Positions 48,855 to 57,769 of a DNA stretch of 64,000 nucleotides are shown piece by piece. The DNA comes from an uncultured Gemmatimonadales bacterium. GTDB lineage: Bacteria; Gemmatimonadota; Gemmatimonadetes; Gemmatimonadales; GWC2-71-9. The translations under genes and the position numbers were made by a program. Location of the stretch: positions 736,001 to 800,000 of the forward strand of contig CAVOGR010000001.1 in NCBI GenBank assembly GCA_963695555.1, in the 5' to 3' direction. The notes beneath the pieces were generated by a model. That model made no database searches, had not been told where the DNA came from, and was given only the letters and a program-made list of their open reading frames with translations. Every line of letters starts with the position of its first letter. The stretch's first letter is position 1.

Positions 48855-51380
48855 ATGGACCACGGTAGCTCTTCCGCCCCGGCTCAGCTCTCCGACAACG
48901 CGATCACCGTGCTGGAGAAGCGGTATCTCATCAAGGACGAGCAGGGGCAGCCTACCGAGCATCCGGAAGACCTCTTCAGTCGGGTGGCCAAGACCATCGC
49001 CGCCCCGGACCGGCTGTACGGGGCCAGTGCCGGTGCCGTGGAGGAGTTGGGCCACGCCTTCTATCGGCTCATGGCCGAACGGCTGTTCATGCCCAACTCG
49101 CCCACCCTGATGAACGCCGGACGGCCGCTGGGGCAGCTCTCGGCCTGTTTCGTCCTTCCGGTCGAGGACACCCTGGCGAATGGCAAGAACGGCATCTACG
49201 ACACCCTGAAGGCCATGGCCCTGGTCCACCAGTCGGGCGGCGGGACCGGATTCAGCTTCTCCCGGCTTCGGCCCAAGAACGACATCGTGCGCTCCACTAT
49301 GGGCGTCGCCTCCGGCCCGGTCTCGTTCATGACGTTGTACGACTCCTCCACCGATGTCGTGAAGCAGGGCGGAACCCGTCGTGGTGCCAACATGGGCATT
49401 CTCCGGGTCGATCATCCCGACATCCTCGACTTCATCACCTGTAAGTCCGATACCACCAAGATCACCAACTTCAACATCTCGGTCGGCGTCACCGATGCCT
49501 TCATGGATGCTGTGGAGAACGACCTGGAGTACGACCTCCTCCACCCGAAGACCAAGGCGGTGGTGGGCCAGCTAAAGGCTCGTGAGGTGTGGCGTCAGAT
49601 CGTGCACGGGGCGTGGAAGACGGGTGAACCCGGAGTCTTCTTCATCGACCGGGCCAATTACTACAACCCCGTGCCGCATCTCGGGGAATACGAAGCCACC
49701 AACCCTTGTGGCGAGCAGCCGCTCTTGCCCTACGATGTCTGTAACCTCGGGTCGATCAACCTCGGATTGTTCGTTGCCGACGGGAAGATCGACTGGGACC
49801 GCCTGGCCCGGACGGTGCACCTCTCGACTCATTTTCTCGAGAACGTGATCGACGCCAACAGCTATCCGCTGCCCGAAATCACCGACTTGGCCAAGCGGAT
49901 TCGGCGCATTGGGCTCGGGATCATGGGCTGGGCCGACGTGCTGGTCCGCCTCGCCATTCCGTATGACTCGGAAGAGGCCGTCGATCTGGCGCGCCAGGTG
50001 CAGAAGTTCGTGGACGACGAGGCCAAGAAGGAGTCGGAGCGGCTGGCCTCGATTCGCGGCGTCTTCCCCGAGTGGGAGAACTCGATTTGGGGCCCGGACG
50101 CCACAAGCCCCCGCGGGCCGGCCGGCGAGCGGATCCGCCCGATGCGGCGGCTCAGGAACTGCAACGTGACCACCGTGGCGCCCACCGGGACCATTTCGAT
50201 CATCGCCGGGTGCAGCTCGGGCATCGAGCCGCTGTTTGCCGTGGCATTCATGCGGAACCAAGCCGGCGTCTTGATGCCGGACGTGAATCAGGACTTCGTG
50301 CGGATCGCTCAGGACGAGGGCTGGTACTCGGACGAGTTGATGCGGAAGATCGCCGAGAGCGGCCACATCGACTACGACGAGGTGCCGGGCAAGTGGAAGC
50401 GGGTGTTCGTGACCGCCAACCACATCGCACCCGAGTGGCACATTCGGATGCAGGCCGCGTTCCAGGAGTACAACGACTCCGCCATCAGCAAGACCTGCAA
50501 CTTCGCCCGCGACGCCAGCGAGGATTACGTCGAGGAAATCTACCGGCTGGCCTTTCGGCTCAACTGCAAGGGTGTGACGGTCTATCGTGACGGGAGCCGC
50601 GACCTGCAGGTCCTCTCGACCGGCGCCACGGCCCAGCAGGTGAAGGCCAAGGCGCGGGAGACCGGCCATGCCGAGGCGCGGCACGACCTCGAGACGGTGG
50701 TGAAGGGCGGGGAGGAGGCGCAGCACGTGGTGGCCGACCTCTTGGGCGAATTGGCCGAGGTCCGCACCGAGAACGAGCGGCTCCGCAAGCTGGTGCACGA
50801 TCTCGAGGCCGAGAACCTGCAGCGCCGGCAGAAGCGGTCCCGGCCTGATCTGCTGCGCGGCACCACGCGCCGGGTCGAGAGCCCGCTCGGCACCCTATAC
50901 GTCACCATCACCGAAGACGACAAGGGGCAGCCGTTCGAGGTCTTCATGTCGCTCGGCAAGGCCGGCGGGGCCTTGATGGCCGATGTCGAGGCGATTGGCC
51001 GGCTCCTGAGCCTGGCACTCCGTTCCGGTATCCCGATGGCCGAGCTCCACCGCCAGCTCCGCGGCATCAGCTCTGACCGCGCCATCGGACTCGGGCCGGC
51101 CAAGGTGCTCTCGGTGCCCGACGCGGTGGGCATCGCCATCGAGAAGTGGATGCAGGAGAAGCATGAGGGCATTCAGCAGGAGCTGCTGGCCGACGAAGAC
51201 CCTGCGGTGACGGCCGAGACGCCGATCGTGGAGAAAGTGGTCTCGGAAGGCTTCGAGCAGATGGCCTTGAGCCGGATGCAGGAGTTCCTGCCCGGCGCTT
51301 GCCCCGACTGCGGCAGCCAGCTGGAGTTTGCCGAGGGCTGCGTCAAATGCATCGTGTGCGGCTACTCGGAGTGCGGCTAA
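48855..51380 (+). CDS. nrdJ: Class II (adenosylcobalamin-dependent) ribonucleotide reductase with C-terminal TSCPD/zinc-ribbon region
   Basis: FMPNSPTLMNAG, QLSACFV, ATNPCGEQPL, TVAPTGTIS, KGVTVYRDGSR, CPDC...C..CGYSEC. Confidence 0.95.
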   Translation: MDHGSSSAPAQLSDNAITVLEKRYLIKDEQGQPTEHPEDLFSRVAKTIAAPDRLYGASAGAVEELGHAFYRLMAERLFMPNSPTLMNAGRPLGQLSACFVLPVEDTLANGKNGIYDTLKAMALVHQSGGGTGFSFSRLRPKNDIVRSTMGVASGPVSFMTLYDSSTDVVKQGGTRRGANMGILRVDHPDILDFITCKSDTTKITNFNISVGVTDAFMDAVENDLEYDLLHPKTKAVVGQLKAREVWRQIVHGAWKTGEPGVFFIDRANYYNPVPHLGEYEATNPCGEQPLLPYDVCNLGSINLGLFVADGKIDWDRLARTVHLSTHFLENVIDANSYPLPEITDLAKRIRRIGLGIMGWADVLVRLAIPYDSEEAVDLARQVQKFVDDEAKKESERLASIRGVFPEWENSIWGPDATSPRGPAGERIRPMRRLRNCNVTTVAPTGTISIIAGCSSGIEPLFAVAFMRNQAGVLMPDVNQDFVRIAQDEGWYSDELMRKIAESGHIDYDEVPGKWKRVFVTANHIAPEWHIRMQAAFQEYNDSAISKTCNFARDASEDYVEEIYRLAFRLNCKGVTVYRDGSRDLQVLSTGATAQQVKAKARETGHAEARHDLETVVKGGEEAQHVVADLLGELAEVRTENERLRKLVHDLEAENLQRRQKRSRPDLLRGTTRRVESPLGTLYVTITEDDKGQPFEVFMSLGKAGGALMADVEAIGRLLSLALRSGIPMAELHRQLRGISSDRAIGLGPAKVLSVPDAVGIAIEKWMQEKHEGIQQELLADEDPAVTAETPIVEKVVSEGFEQMALSRMQEFLPGACPDCGSQLEFAEGCVKCIVCGYSECG

Positions 51381-51451
51381 CGATCGACCGGGACTGAGTT
51401 CCGGGGGCGGGTCAGGGACCGTCCCCCAACCCTGTGACCGGATCGGTCGGG

Positions 51452-51483
51452 AGGGGGCGCCTCGGGAGGCGTCCCCTTTTCTT
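51452..51483 (+). terminator. Rho-independent terminator after nrdJ
   Basis: GGGGGCGCCT-CGGG-AGGCGTCCCC stem followed by TTTTCTT. Confidence 0.8.
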
Positions 51484-51642
51484 GGTACTCACGCAGAATC
51501 TCAGGCGCTCGTCGACGCCGAACGGCTCCGATCCCCTTACGCGCTGGACTCTCCGCCCGTACTTTGAAAGTCTAGCCCTCGCGCGGCAGCCGACCCCTCC
51601 GGGCCGGCACGCGGGGGCCGAGAAGGGGAGGTCTACGTGCTC

Positions 51643-51846
51643 ATGCAGAGGCGGCGCTACTCACTTCATGCCCTGCAGCACCTGATCGAGCCCAAAGGCG
51701 GCTGCGTTCCCGAGACCAGGCTTCCCGGTCCCGGCTGTGTTCCAGAGGGCGGGCTCCCCGGCCCCGGCTGCATCCCGGAGCCGGATGTTCATGAGAAGCA
51801 CCGCGGCTCGAGGCGTCGGCCTTCGAGAATGACCAATGGGCAATAG
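51643..51846 (+). CDS. Small peptide with three GC(V/I)PE repeats; candidate RiPP precursor
   Basis: GGAGGT RBS (start at 51643 ATG or 51637 GTG); GCVPETRLPGP-GCVPEGGLPGP-GCIPEPD, with repeats differing largely at synonymous codon positions. Confidence 0.6.
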   Translation: MQRRRYSLHALQHLIEPKGGCVPETRLPGPGCVPEGGLPGPGCIPEPDVHEKHRGSRRRPSRMTNGQ

Positions 51847-51890
51847 CCAATAGCCGCGACCCCCAACCGCCCCATCCCAAAGGCCCCCGC

Positions 51891-53777
51891 GTGCGCCTGC
51901 TCCTCATCAATCCCAAGTTCCCGGAAAGCTTCTGGAGCTTCAAGTGGGCACTCGACACAGTGCTCCGCGAGCAGAAGGCCCCGACCCCGCCGCTCGGCCT
52001 CGCGACGCTCGCCGCCCTCTGCCCCCAGGATTGGGACATCAGGATCGTCGACGAGAACGTGGAATCCATCCCGCTCGACCCCAAGGCCGACCTGATCGGC
52101 ATCTGCGGCATGGGAGTCCAGTTCCCGCGCCAGCGGGAGCTCCTCACCTTCTACCGCAGCAAGGGCTATCACGTGGTGGCCGGCGGCAGCTTCGCCTCGC
52201 TCTGTCCGGAGCGGTACGAGACGCTGGCCGACACGGTGGTGGCGGGGGAGGCGGAGTATATCTGGCCAGAGTTCTGCCGGGATTTCGCGGCCGGCAAGAC
52301 CAAGCCGCTCTATCACGAGACCGGCGTCGTCGCGCTGTCGGATACCCCGGCGCCGCGGTTCGATCTCTTGAACCTGCGGCTCTACCAATCGGTGACTCTC
52401 CAATTTTCGAGAGGGTGTCCGTTCCGCTGCGAGTTCTGCGATATCATCGTGATGTTCGGACGTCGTCCACGCACCAAGCCCCTCGAACAGGTGGGGCGCG
52501 AGCTCGACCTGCTGCGGCACCAGCACGTCCGGAACGTCTTCTTCGTGGACGACAACCTGATCGGAGACAAGCCGGCAGCCAAGAAACTCCTGGCGTTTCT
52601 GGCCGCCTACCAGGAGGAGCACGCCTATCGGTTCCAGTTCGGCACCGAGGCCTCGCTCAACATGGCTCAGGACGACGAGCTGCTCGCGTTATTCCGGCGG
52701 GCGAACTTCAAGTGGGTCTTCATCGGCATTGAATCGCCCGATGTCGAAAGCTTGAAAGAGACCAAGAAGTATCAGAACACGCGGCAAGAGATCCTGCCTG
52801 CGGTGCAACGGGTCTACGCTGCTGGCCTCGACGTACTCGGCGGGTTCATCGTGGGCTTCGATCACGACACGCTCGAGACCTTCGACAAACAATTCGAGTT
52901 CATCACCGAGTCCGGCATCCAGGCGGCCATGATCGGGCTCCTCACCGCTGCGCCCAAGACGCCGCTCTACGAGCGATTGGAGCGGGAGGGGCGGCTCATT
53001 CACGACGCGAATGACTCCGACAACACTAAGCTCAGCACCAACGTCATCCCGAAGCGAATGGCATATGCCGAGATGATCGAGGCGTATAGAACGCTGTACG
53101 GGCGGCTGCTCAGCAACCGCGGGATTGCAACCCGGATCAGAAACAAGGTGCGCCACCTCACCCGGCCGGCCGGGGGCAGCGTCGAGCCCATACGCGATCG
53201 GTTGGCCAAGCTCCAGCGTATCGTGATACACGGGGTGCTGGCAGGCGGCGTCTCGCGGATCGTTCATTTCGTGCGATCCCTGCCGTACCTGCGCCCGCGC
53301 CTCCTGCCGCTCGTGATCGAGGATTGGGTCGTCGGCCTCTCGATGCGGGACTACGTGGACCGGCATCTGAATCCGGAAGTGGGACGAGTCAGCGAGCGGG
53401 CCCGGGCCTATCTCGAGTCGATCCAGCGTGCCTTCCAGCGCCAGGTTCAGCTGGGAGCGGTGGAAGTGTCGCTGGACGAGGTCCGACACCGAGCCGCCAA
53501 CCTGTCGGTCCACGTGAAAGGCTGGCTCGACCGGGGCTTCTTCGACCAGGCGGGTCGCCACCTCGAGGCGGTGTTGAAGCGCACCACGGCGTCCATTACG
53601 CTTCGAATCGATGCCCTGCAGGAGTCCGAGGTCCAGCACCTCAAGCGGCTCCTTCGGCGGCTGGCCCGTCATGGCGATCGGGTTTCGATCGCGCTAGGGG
53701 AGGAACTTCGATCCCTCATCGAGATCGACTCGTCGGTGTTCAATCTGGTGTTGGAAGGAGCAGGTGGTAGGAAGTAG
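51891..53777 (+). CDS. Cobalamin-binding radical SAM enzyme (DUF4070/HpnP-like N-terminus) with a C-terminal extension
   Basis: PKFPESFWSF, PPLGLATLAA (B12-binding), SRGCPFRCEFC (CxxxCxxC), FFVDDN, IGIES, GFIVGFD. Confidence 0.92.
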   Translation: MRLLLINPKFPESFWSFKWALDTVLREQKAPTPPLGLATLAALCPQDWDIRIVDENVESIPLDPKADLIGICGMGVQFPRQRELLTFYRSKGYHVVAGGSFASLCPERYETLADTVVAGEAEYIWPEFCRDFAAGKTKPLYHETGVVALSDTPAPRFDLLNLRLYQSVTLQFSRGCPFRCEFCDIIVMFGRRPRTKPLEQVGRELDLLRHQHVRNVFFVDDNLIGDKPAAKKLLAFLAAYQEEHAYRFQFGTEASLNMAQDDELLALFRRANFKWVFIGIESPDVESLKETKKYQNTRQEILPAVQRVYAAGLDVLGGFIVGFDHDTLETFDKQFEFITESGIQAAMIGLLTAAPKTPLYERLEREGRLIHDANDSDNTKLSTNVIPKRMAYAEMIEAYRTLYGRLLSNRGIATRIRNKVRHLTRPAGGSVEPIRDRLAKLQRIVIHGVLAGGVSRIVHFVRSLPYLRPRLLPLVIEDWVVGLSMRDYVDRHLNPEVGRVSERARAYLESIQRAFQRQVQLGAVEVSLDEVRHRAANLSVHVKGWLDRGFFDQAGRHLEAVLKRTTASITLRIDALQESEVQHLKRLLRRLARHGDRVSIALGEELRSLIEIDSSVFNLVLEGAGGRK

Positions 53778-53848
53778 GAAATCGGGAAGACGGGAGGTAG
53801 GGCGGCTGGAGCCCTCAAATGCTCTGAACCCAGGCGGTCAATTCCACA

Positions 53849-54319
53849 ATGGCTCTTCGTGTCTCTTCCACGCCGGTCGAACTTCTGATTGACGCGAGCG
53901 TCGTCGCCTCACTCGATCAGGAGATGCGGGGTGCCGCGCCGCGCCGCGCGGCAGGGTTCCTGTTGGGGCATTCGAGCGGTGTGGTCCTGTCCGCTCGGGC
54001 GCTGTGCGCCGTACGCCCGGGCACCGACGGTGGCGGGGGGCAGTTCTCTTCTGTCCTCACCAGCGCCGACTATCGCCAGGCGCTTCGGAAGGCCCGGGGC
54101 CTCGGGTTCAAGGTCGTGGCCAGCTACTCCACTCACCCAGACGGTGACCCGCATGTAGGCCTGAGGGAAATCGCCAGCTTCAGGCGCTCACCCCTCGTCT
54201 CGCTGGTGGTGACGGCGCGACCCGACGGTGCTGCGCCACAGCTCGAGGCCTACGGCCCGCCAACAGGTGGGGCCATCACCGTAGCCGTCGGACGTGGCGC
54301 GGAACGCGATCCGGCCTAA
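53849..54319 (+). CDS. JAB/MPN (Mov34)-like protein with a degenerate JAMM motif
   Basis: P.RAAGFLLG and GFKVVASYSTHPDG..VGLRE, versus the canonical E.CG.LLG / YHSHP....PS..D. Confidence 0.65.
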   Translation: MALRVSSTPVELLIDASVVASLDQEMRGAAPRRAAGFLLGHSSGVVLSARALCAVRPGTDGGGGQFSSVLTSADYRQALRKARGLGFKVVASYSTHPDGDPHVGLREIASFRRSPLVSLVVTARPDGAAPQLEAYGPPTGGAITVAVGRGAERDPA

Positions 54320-54728
54320 CCTCGGTCGGATGCTGTGGCCAATATTCGCCCAACCGGATACGTACATGGATCCTGTCATCGACAGCTCGCGGTTTGCGAC
54401 CTGTGTTCGGGTCCGGTTCGGTCAATAATGTGCGCTTTGGTCCAGGAATTTGGCGATCATGGTCGAATCACAGACGGTCCACCGAAGCCTCGCGGGAGGA
54501 TGCTGGGATGGCGTGAAGCCCGGTTTCAGGCCGCCAACCGAGCATTCCGGGGCATGAGGTCCAGCGGACAATTGGTTGCACTGCACCATTCTTCCTGCTA
54601 TTTCGAGCTGTTTTCGGGTGCGATTCGGGTTATGAAGTGCATTCTTCGGGGTTGGTGGTGCAGGGTTTGGCACGGTGACGGGGGTGTTCAGGCGCACCCA
54701 AGGCCTCAACCATCACAAGGGACTACCC

Positions 54729-56978
54729 GTGGCTATTGAAGTCCGTCTCAGCCGCGAGATGCGCCTCCTCGACATCACGATGATCGGTGTCGGGGCCATG
54801 ATCGGTGCCGGCATCTTCGTGCTGACCGGCATTGCGGCGGGCGTGGCGGGTCCAGCCTTGCTGCTCGTCTTCGGATTGAATGGGTTCGTGGCCCTGTTGA
54901 CCGCCATGGCGTACGCCGAGCTCGGGAGTTCCTATCACAGCGCCGGCGGCGGGTACACTTGGGTGAAGACGGCCCTTCCGGACCCCAGCGGATTCCTGAG
55001 TGGGTGGATGTCCTGGTTTGCCCAGGCCGTCGCGTGCTCGCTCTACGCGCTGGGATTCGGCGCCTACTTCAAGCTGGTGCTCGATGCCGTGGGGGCCCCG
55101 GATATTTCCGTGGGCTTCATGTCGATCGAGAAATGGCTCGCCATTCTGACCGTGATGCTGTTCTCGTACATCAACTACCGGGGCGCGTCGGAAGCGGGCA
55201 AAGCCGGCAATGTCGTGACGGTCGGCAAGGTTCTCATCATCCTGGCCTTCATCGTCGCCGGCCTGTTGGTGATGGCCAAGCGAGGCGGCGTCGAGATCGC
55301 GTTCACGCCCTTCCTTTCTGAGGGGTGGGGCGGCGTGGTCGCGGCCATGGGTCTCACGTTCATCGCGTTCGAAGGCTACGAGATCATCGCCCAAACCAGC
55401 GAAGAGGTAAAGAACCCGAGGCAAAACATCCCTCGCGCCGTGTTCCTCTCCCTGGCGATTGTCGTCCCGATCTACTTGTTGGTCGCCTTTGTCGCCGTCG
55501 GGGGGGTGCAAGCCCCCGGGGGCATTGCGGTCACGGACTACCTCGGTCAGGAAGGCGAAATAGCGCTGGTACGGGCAGCGGACCAGTTCCTGGTGGGTGG
55601 GGGTATTCTCATTCTCGTCGGTGGCCTCCTCTCCACCTTGTCGGCGCTCAACGCGACCATCTTCTCGTCGTCCCGGGTGGCGTTTGCCATGGCCCGCGAC
55701 GCCAACCTCCCCCCCGTCCTTGGCAGCATCCACAGCCGGCGGGCCACGCCCTATGTCGCCATTCTCTTCTCGGCGGCGCTCATCATGGTCATGGCCGTTT
55801 CCCTGCCCATCGAAGAAGTGGCGGCCGCGGCCGACGTCATGTTTCTCTTGCTCTTTGTCTTGGTAAATCTGGCGCTCATCAAGCTCCGGAAGACTCGGCC
55901 CGACCTGGACCGCGGATTCAAGGTTCCCTTCGTGCCGTTTGTGCCGCTGCTGGCCGTCGGGACGATGCTGTTCCTGACCGTCTTCCTGTTCATTCGCTAT
56001 CCGATGGCATTGCTGGCGGTGGGGGGATGGATCGTCGCTGGTGGAATTGTGTATACCCAGTACAGCCGGAAGCGTGAGAAAGCCTTTGTCGAGCGAACCG
56101 TGTGGATGGAGCGGATCGAGCGGCACGAGTACAGTGTTCTGGTGGCGCTCTCGACACCTCGGACGTTGGAATCCTTGATGGAAGTTGGGATCGCCATCGC
56201 GAAGCGTCACGGCGGAGAGATCGTGGTCCTATCCGTGGCCGAGGTCCCCGAGGGGCAAAGTCTGCTCTCCGGTCGCCGCGCGGCGCGCAAGCTCGAGGCG
56301 ATGCTGGAACGAGCGGTGCAGTACGCCGAGTCTCGGGGCATCGTCGCTCGACCCGTCGTGTCGATTTCTCATCGAGTGAGCCATGGCATCGTGGAGACGG
56401 CTCGTGTCGAGAAATGCAATTTCCTGGTCATGGGGCAACCGGACACGCAGTCCATCTTCGAACGGATCGTGGCAACGGCAGTCGATCGGGTGTTGCAGGA
56501 TGCCCCCTGCCAGGTCGGTGTGGTCTACGGCACCGTGCGTCCGGAAGGGATATCGCAAATCCTGTTGCCGGTGACAACAGGTCCCAATTCTCGGTTGGCA
56601 GCCAAGCTCGCGTCGGTATTTGCCGAGCGGTTTGGCGCCCCGATCCGGGCCGTGACCATTGTCGAACGTCACCTCAGTGCTGCAGAGGCGGAAAAGCAGG
56701 TGGCGGACGCCCAAGCGACCTTGACGGCAGCGGGCTCCGAAGAACCCCTCGAAGTGCTCAAGCGGCGCGACGTTGCCCGTGGTCTCAGGCAAGCGACCAA
56801 ACGGGGAACCTTGGTGATGATGGGTGCCCCCACTGCGGAATCGCTGCAGGCTATCCTGGGCGAGACGGTACCGGCGCAGATCGCCCAATCAAAGAAGGCC
56901 CCTATCGTGGTCGTCCGCAACGTAGCGGAGCATCGGGTTCGCAAGTTCGAGCAGCTCTTCTTTGGAAGGAGTAGGTAG
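54729..56978 (+). CDS. APC family amino-acid permease with C-terminal universal-stress (USP) domains
   Basis: GAMIGAGIF, YAEL, FIAFEGYE, EEVKNP..NIP; two USP-like repeats. Confidence 0.9.
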   Translation: MAIEVRLSREMRLLDITMIGVGAMIGAGIFVLTGIAAGVAGPALLLVFGLNGFVALLTAMAYAELGSSYHSAGGGYTWVKTALPDPSGFLSGWMSWFAQAVACSLYALGFGAYFKLVLDAVGAPDISVGFMSIEKWLAILTVMLFSYINYRGASEAGKAGNVVTVGKVLIILAFIVAGLLVMAKRGGVEIAFTPFLSEGWGGVVAAMGLTFIAFEGYEIIAQTSEEVKNPRQNIPRAVFLSLAIVVPIYLLVAFVAVGGVQAPGGIAVTDYLGQEGEIALVRAADQFLVGGGILILVGGLLSTLSALNATIFSSSRVAFAMARDANLPPVLGSIHSRRATPYVAILFSAALIMVMAVSLPIEEVAAAADVMFLLLFVLVNLALIKLRKTRPDLDRGFKVPFVPFVPLLAVGTMLFLTVFLFIRYPMALLAVGGWIVAGGIVYTQYSRKREKAFVERTVWMERIERHEYSVLVALSTPRTLESLMEVGIAIAKRHGGEIVVLSVAEVPEGQSLLSGRRAARKLEAMLERAVQYAESRGIVARPVVSISHRVSHGIVETARVEKCNFLVMGQPDTQSIFERIVATAVDRVLQDAPCQVGVVYGTVRPEGISQILLPVTTGPNSRLAAKLASVFAERFGAPIRAVTIVERHLSAAEAEKQVADAQATLTAAGSEEPLEVLKRRDVARGLRQATKRGTLVMMGAPTAESLQAILGETVPAQIAQSKKAPIVVVRNVAEHRVRKFEQLFFGRSR

Positions 56979-56980
56979 CG

Positions 56981-57682
56981 ATGCAGGTACAGGTGCAGCC
57001 TCAAGCTCAGAGCCCGGTGTCGGACTTCCTGCAGGGAGTGTCCAACTACCTTCCGACGCTCGCGGCCGGACTGTTGGTCATCGCGCTCGGCCTCGGGGTT
57101 GGGTGGCTGGTCAAGCGCGCCGTGGTTCGCGTCCTCATCTGGGGCAGGCTCGACCGGCTTGGAGCGAAACTCGGCTGGCGGGCGGCCTTCGCCAAGGGCG
57201 ACGTGCGGGCGGCGTTGTATGAATTGATCGGCAATGTCGTCATGCTGCTCGTCGTGTTGCTCTTCCTCGACAACGCCTTGCAGATTCTGGGTTTGACGGT
57301 TCTCTCCAATGCCATCGAGCAATTGGTGGTGCTCCTCCCCAACCTCGGTCTCGTCGCGCTGATTGTCGGTATCGGTGTGTTCGTCTCGAGCCTCCTCGCG
57401 GACCGCCTGGAGCGCGTTCTCGAAGACGAAGAGGTGGCGCACGCGCGGCTCATTGCCAAGATTCTGAAGGGCGTGCTCCTGTCCATCGTCACCGCGCTCG
57501 CGCTCTGGCAGCTCGGGTTCGCTCGTGAGATTGTTCTCGCCGGGTTTCTCATCGCGTTCGGCGCCGTTGGTGTGGCGTTCGCCGTCGCGGTAGGGCTGGG
57601 ATCGGCAAAGGCCATTGCGCAAGGGTGGCATGATCTGTTCGAAAAACGGAAGGCGGAACGAGACGGCGGGAGCAAGGAGTGA
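56981..57682 (+). CDS. Mechanosensitive-channel TM-helix (CmpX-like) membrane protein
   Basis: YLPTLAAGLL / LLPNL repeats; AFAVAVGLG. Confidence 0.75.
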   Translation: MQVQVQPQAQSPVSDFLQGVSNYLPTLAAGLLVIALGLGVGWLVKRAVVRVLIWGRLDRLGAKLGWRAAFAKGDVRAALYELIGNVVMLLVVLLFLDNALQILGLTVLSNAIEQLVVLLPNLGLVALIVGIGVFVSSLLADRLERVLEDEEVAHARLIAKILKGVLLSIVTALALWQLGFAREIVLAGFLIAFGAVGVAFAVAVGLGSAKAIAQGWHDLFEKRKAERDGGSKE

Positions 57683-57745
57683 GAAGTAAGGAGTAAGGAG
57701 TGAGGAGTGAGGAGTAGGGGGGAGTAAAGAGTAAAGAGAAGAGGA
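57676..57745 (+). repeat. Heptamer array (AGGAGTA/AGGAGTG)
   Basis: Directly after the stop at 57682. Confidence 0.8.
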
Positions 57746-57769
57746 GGTGGTGAGAGGAAGTACCGTCGG

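Noticed and set aside
48640..48855. NrdR boxes or a cobalamin riboswitch upstream of nrdJ
   Set aside because: The region is AT-rich, but I found only partial NrdR-like matches with wrong spacing and no B12-box core; a covariance-model search would be needed.
51381..51450. Structured ncRNA after nrdJ
   Set aside because: It has some GC-rich complementarity but no recognisable family; the downstream terminator explains the clear hairpin.
54335..54739. 134-aa ORF between the MPN-like gene and the permease
   Set aside because: No RBS or recognisable motif and atypical composition; more likely a promoter region.
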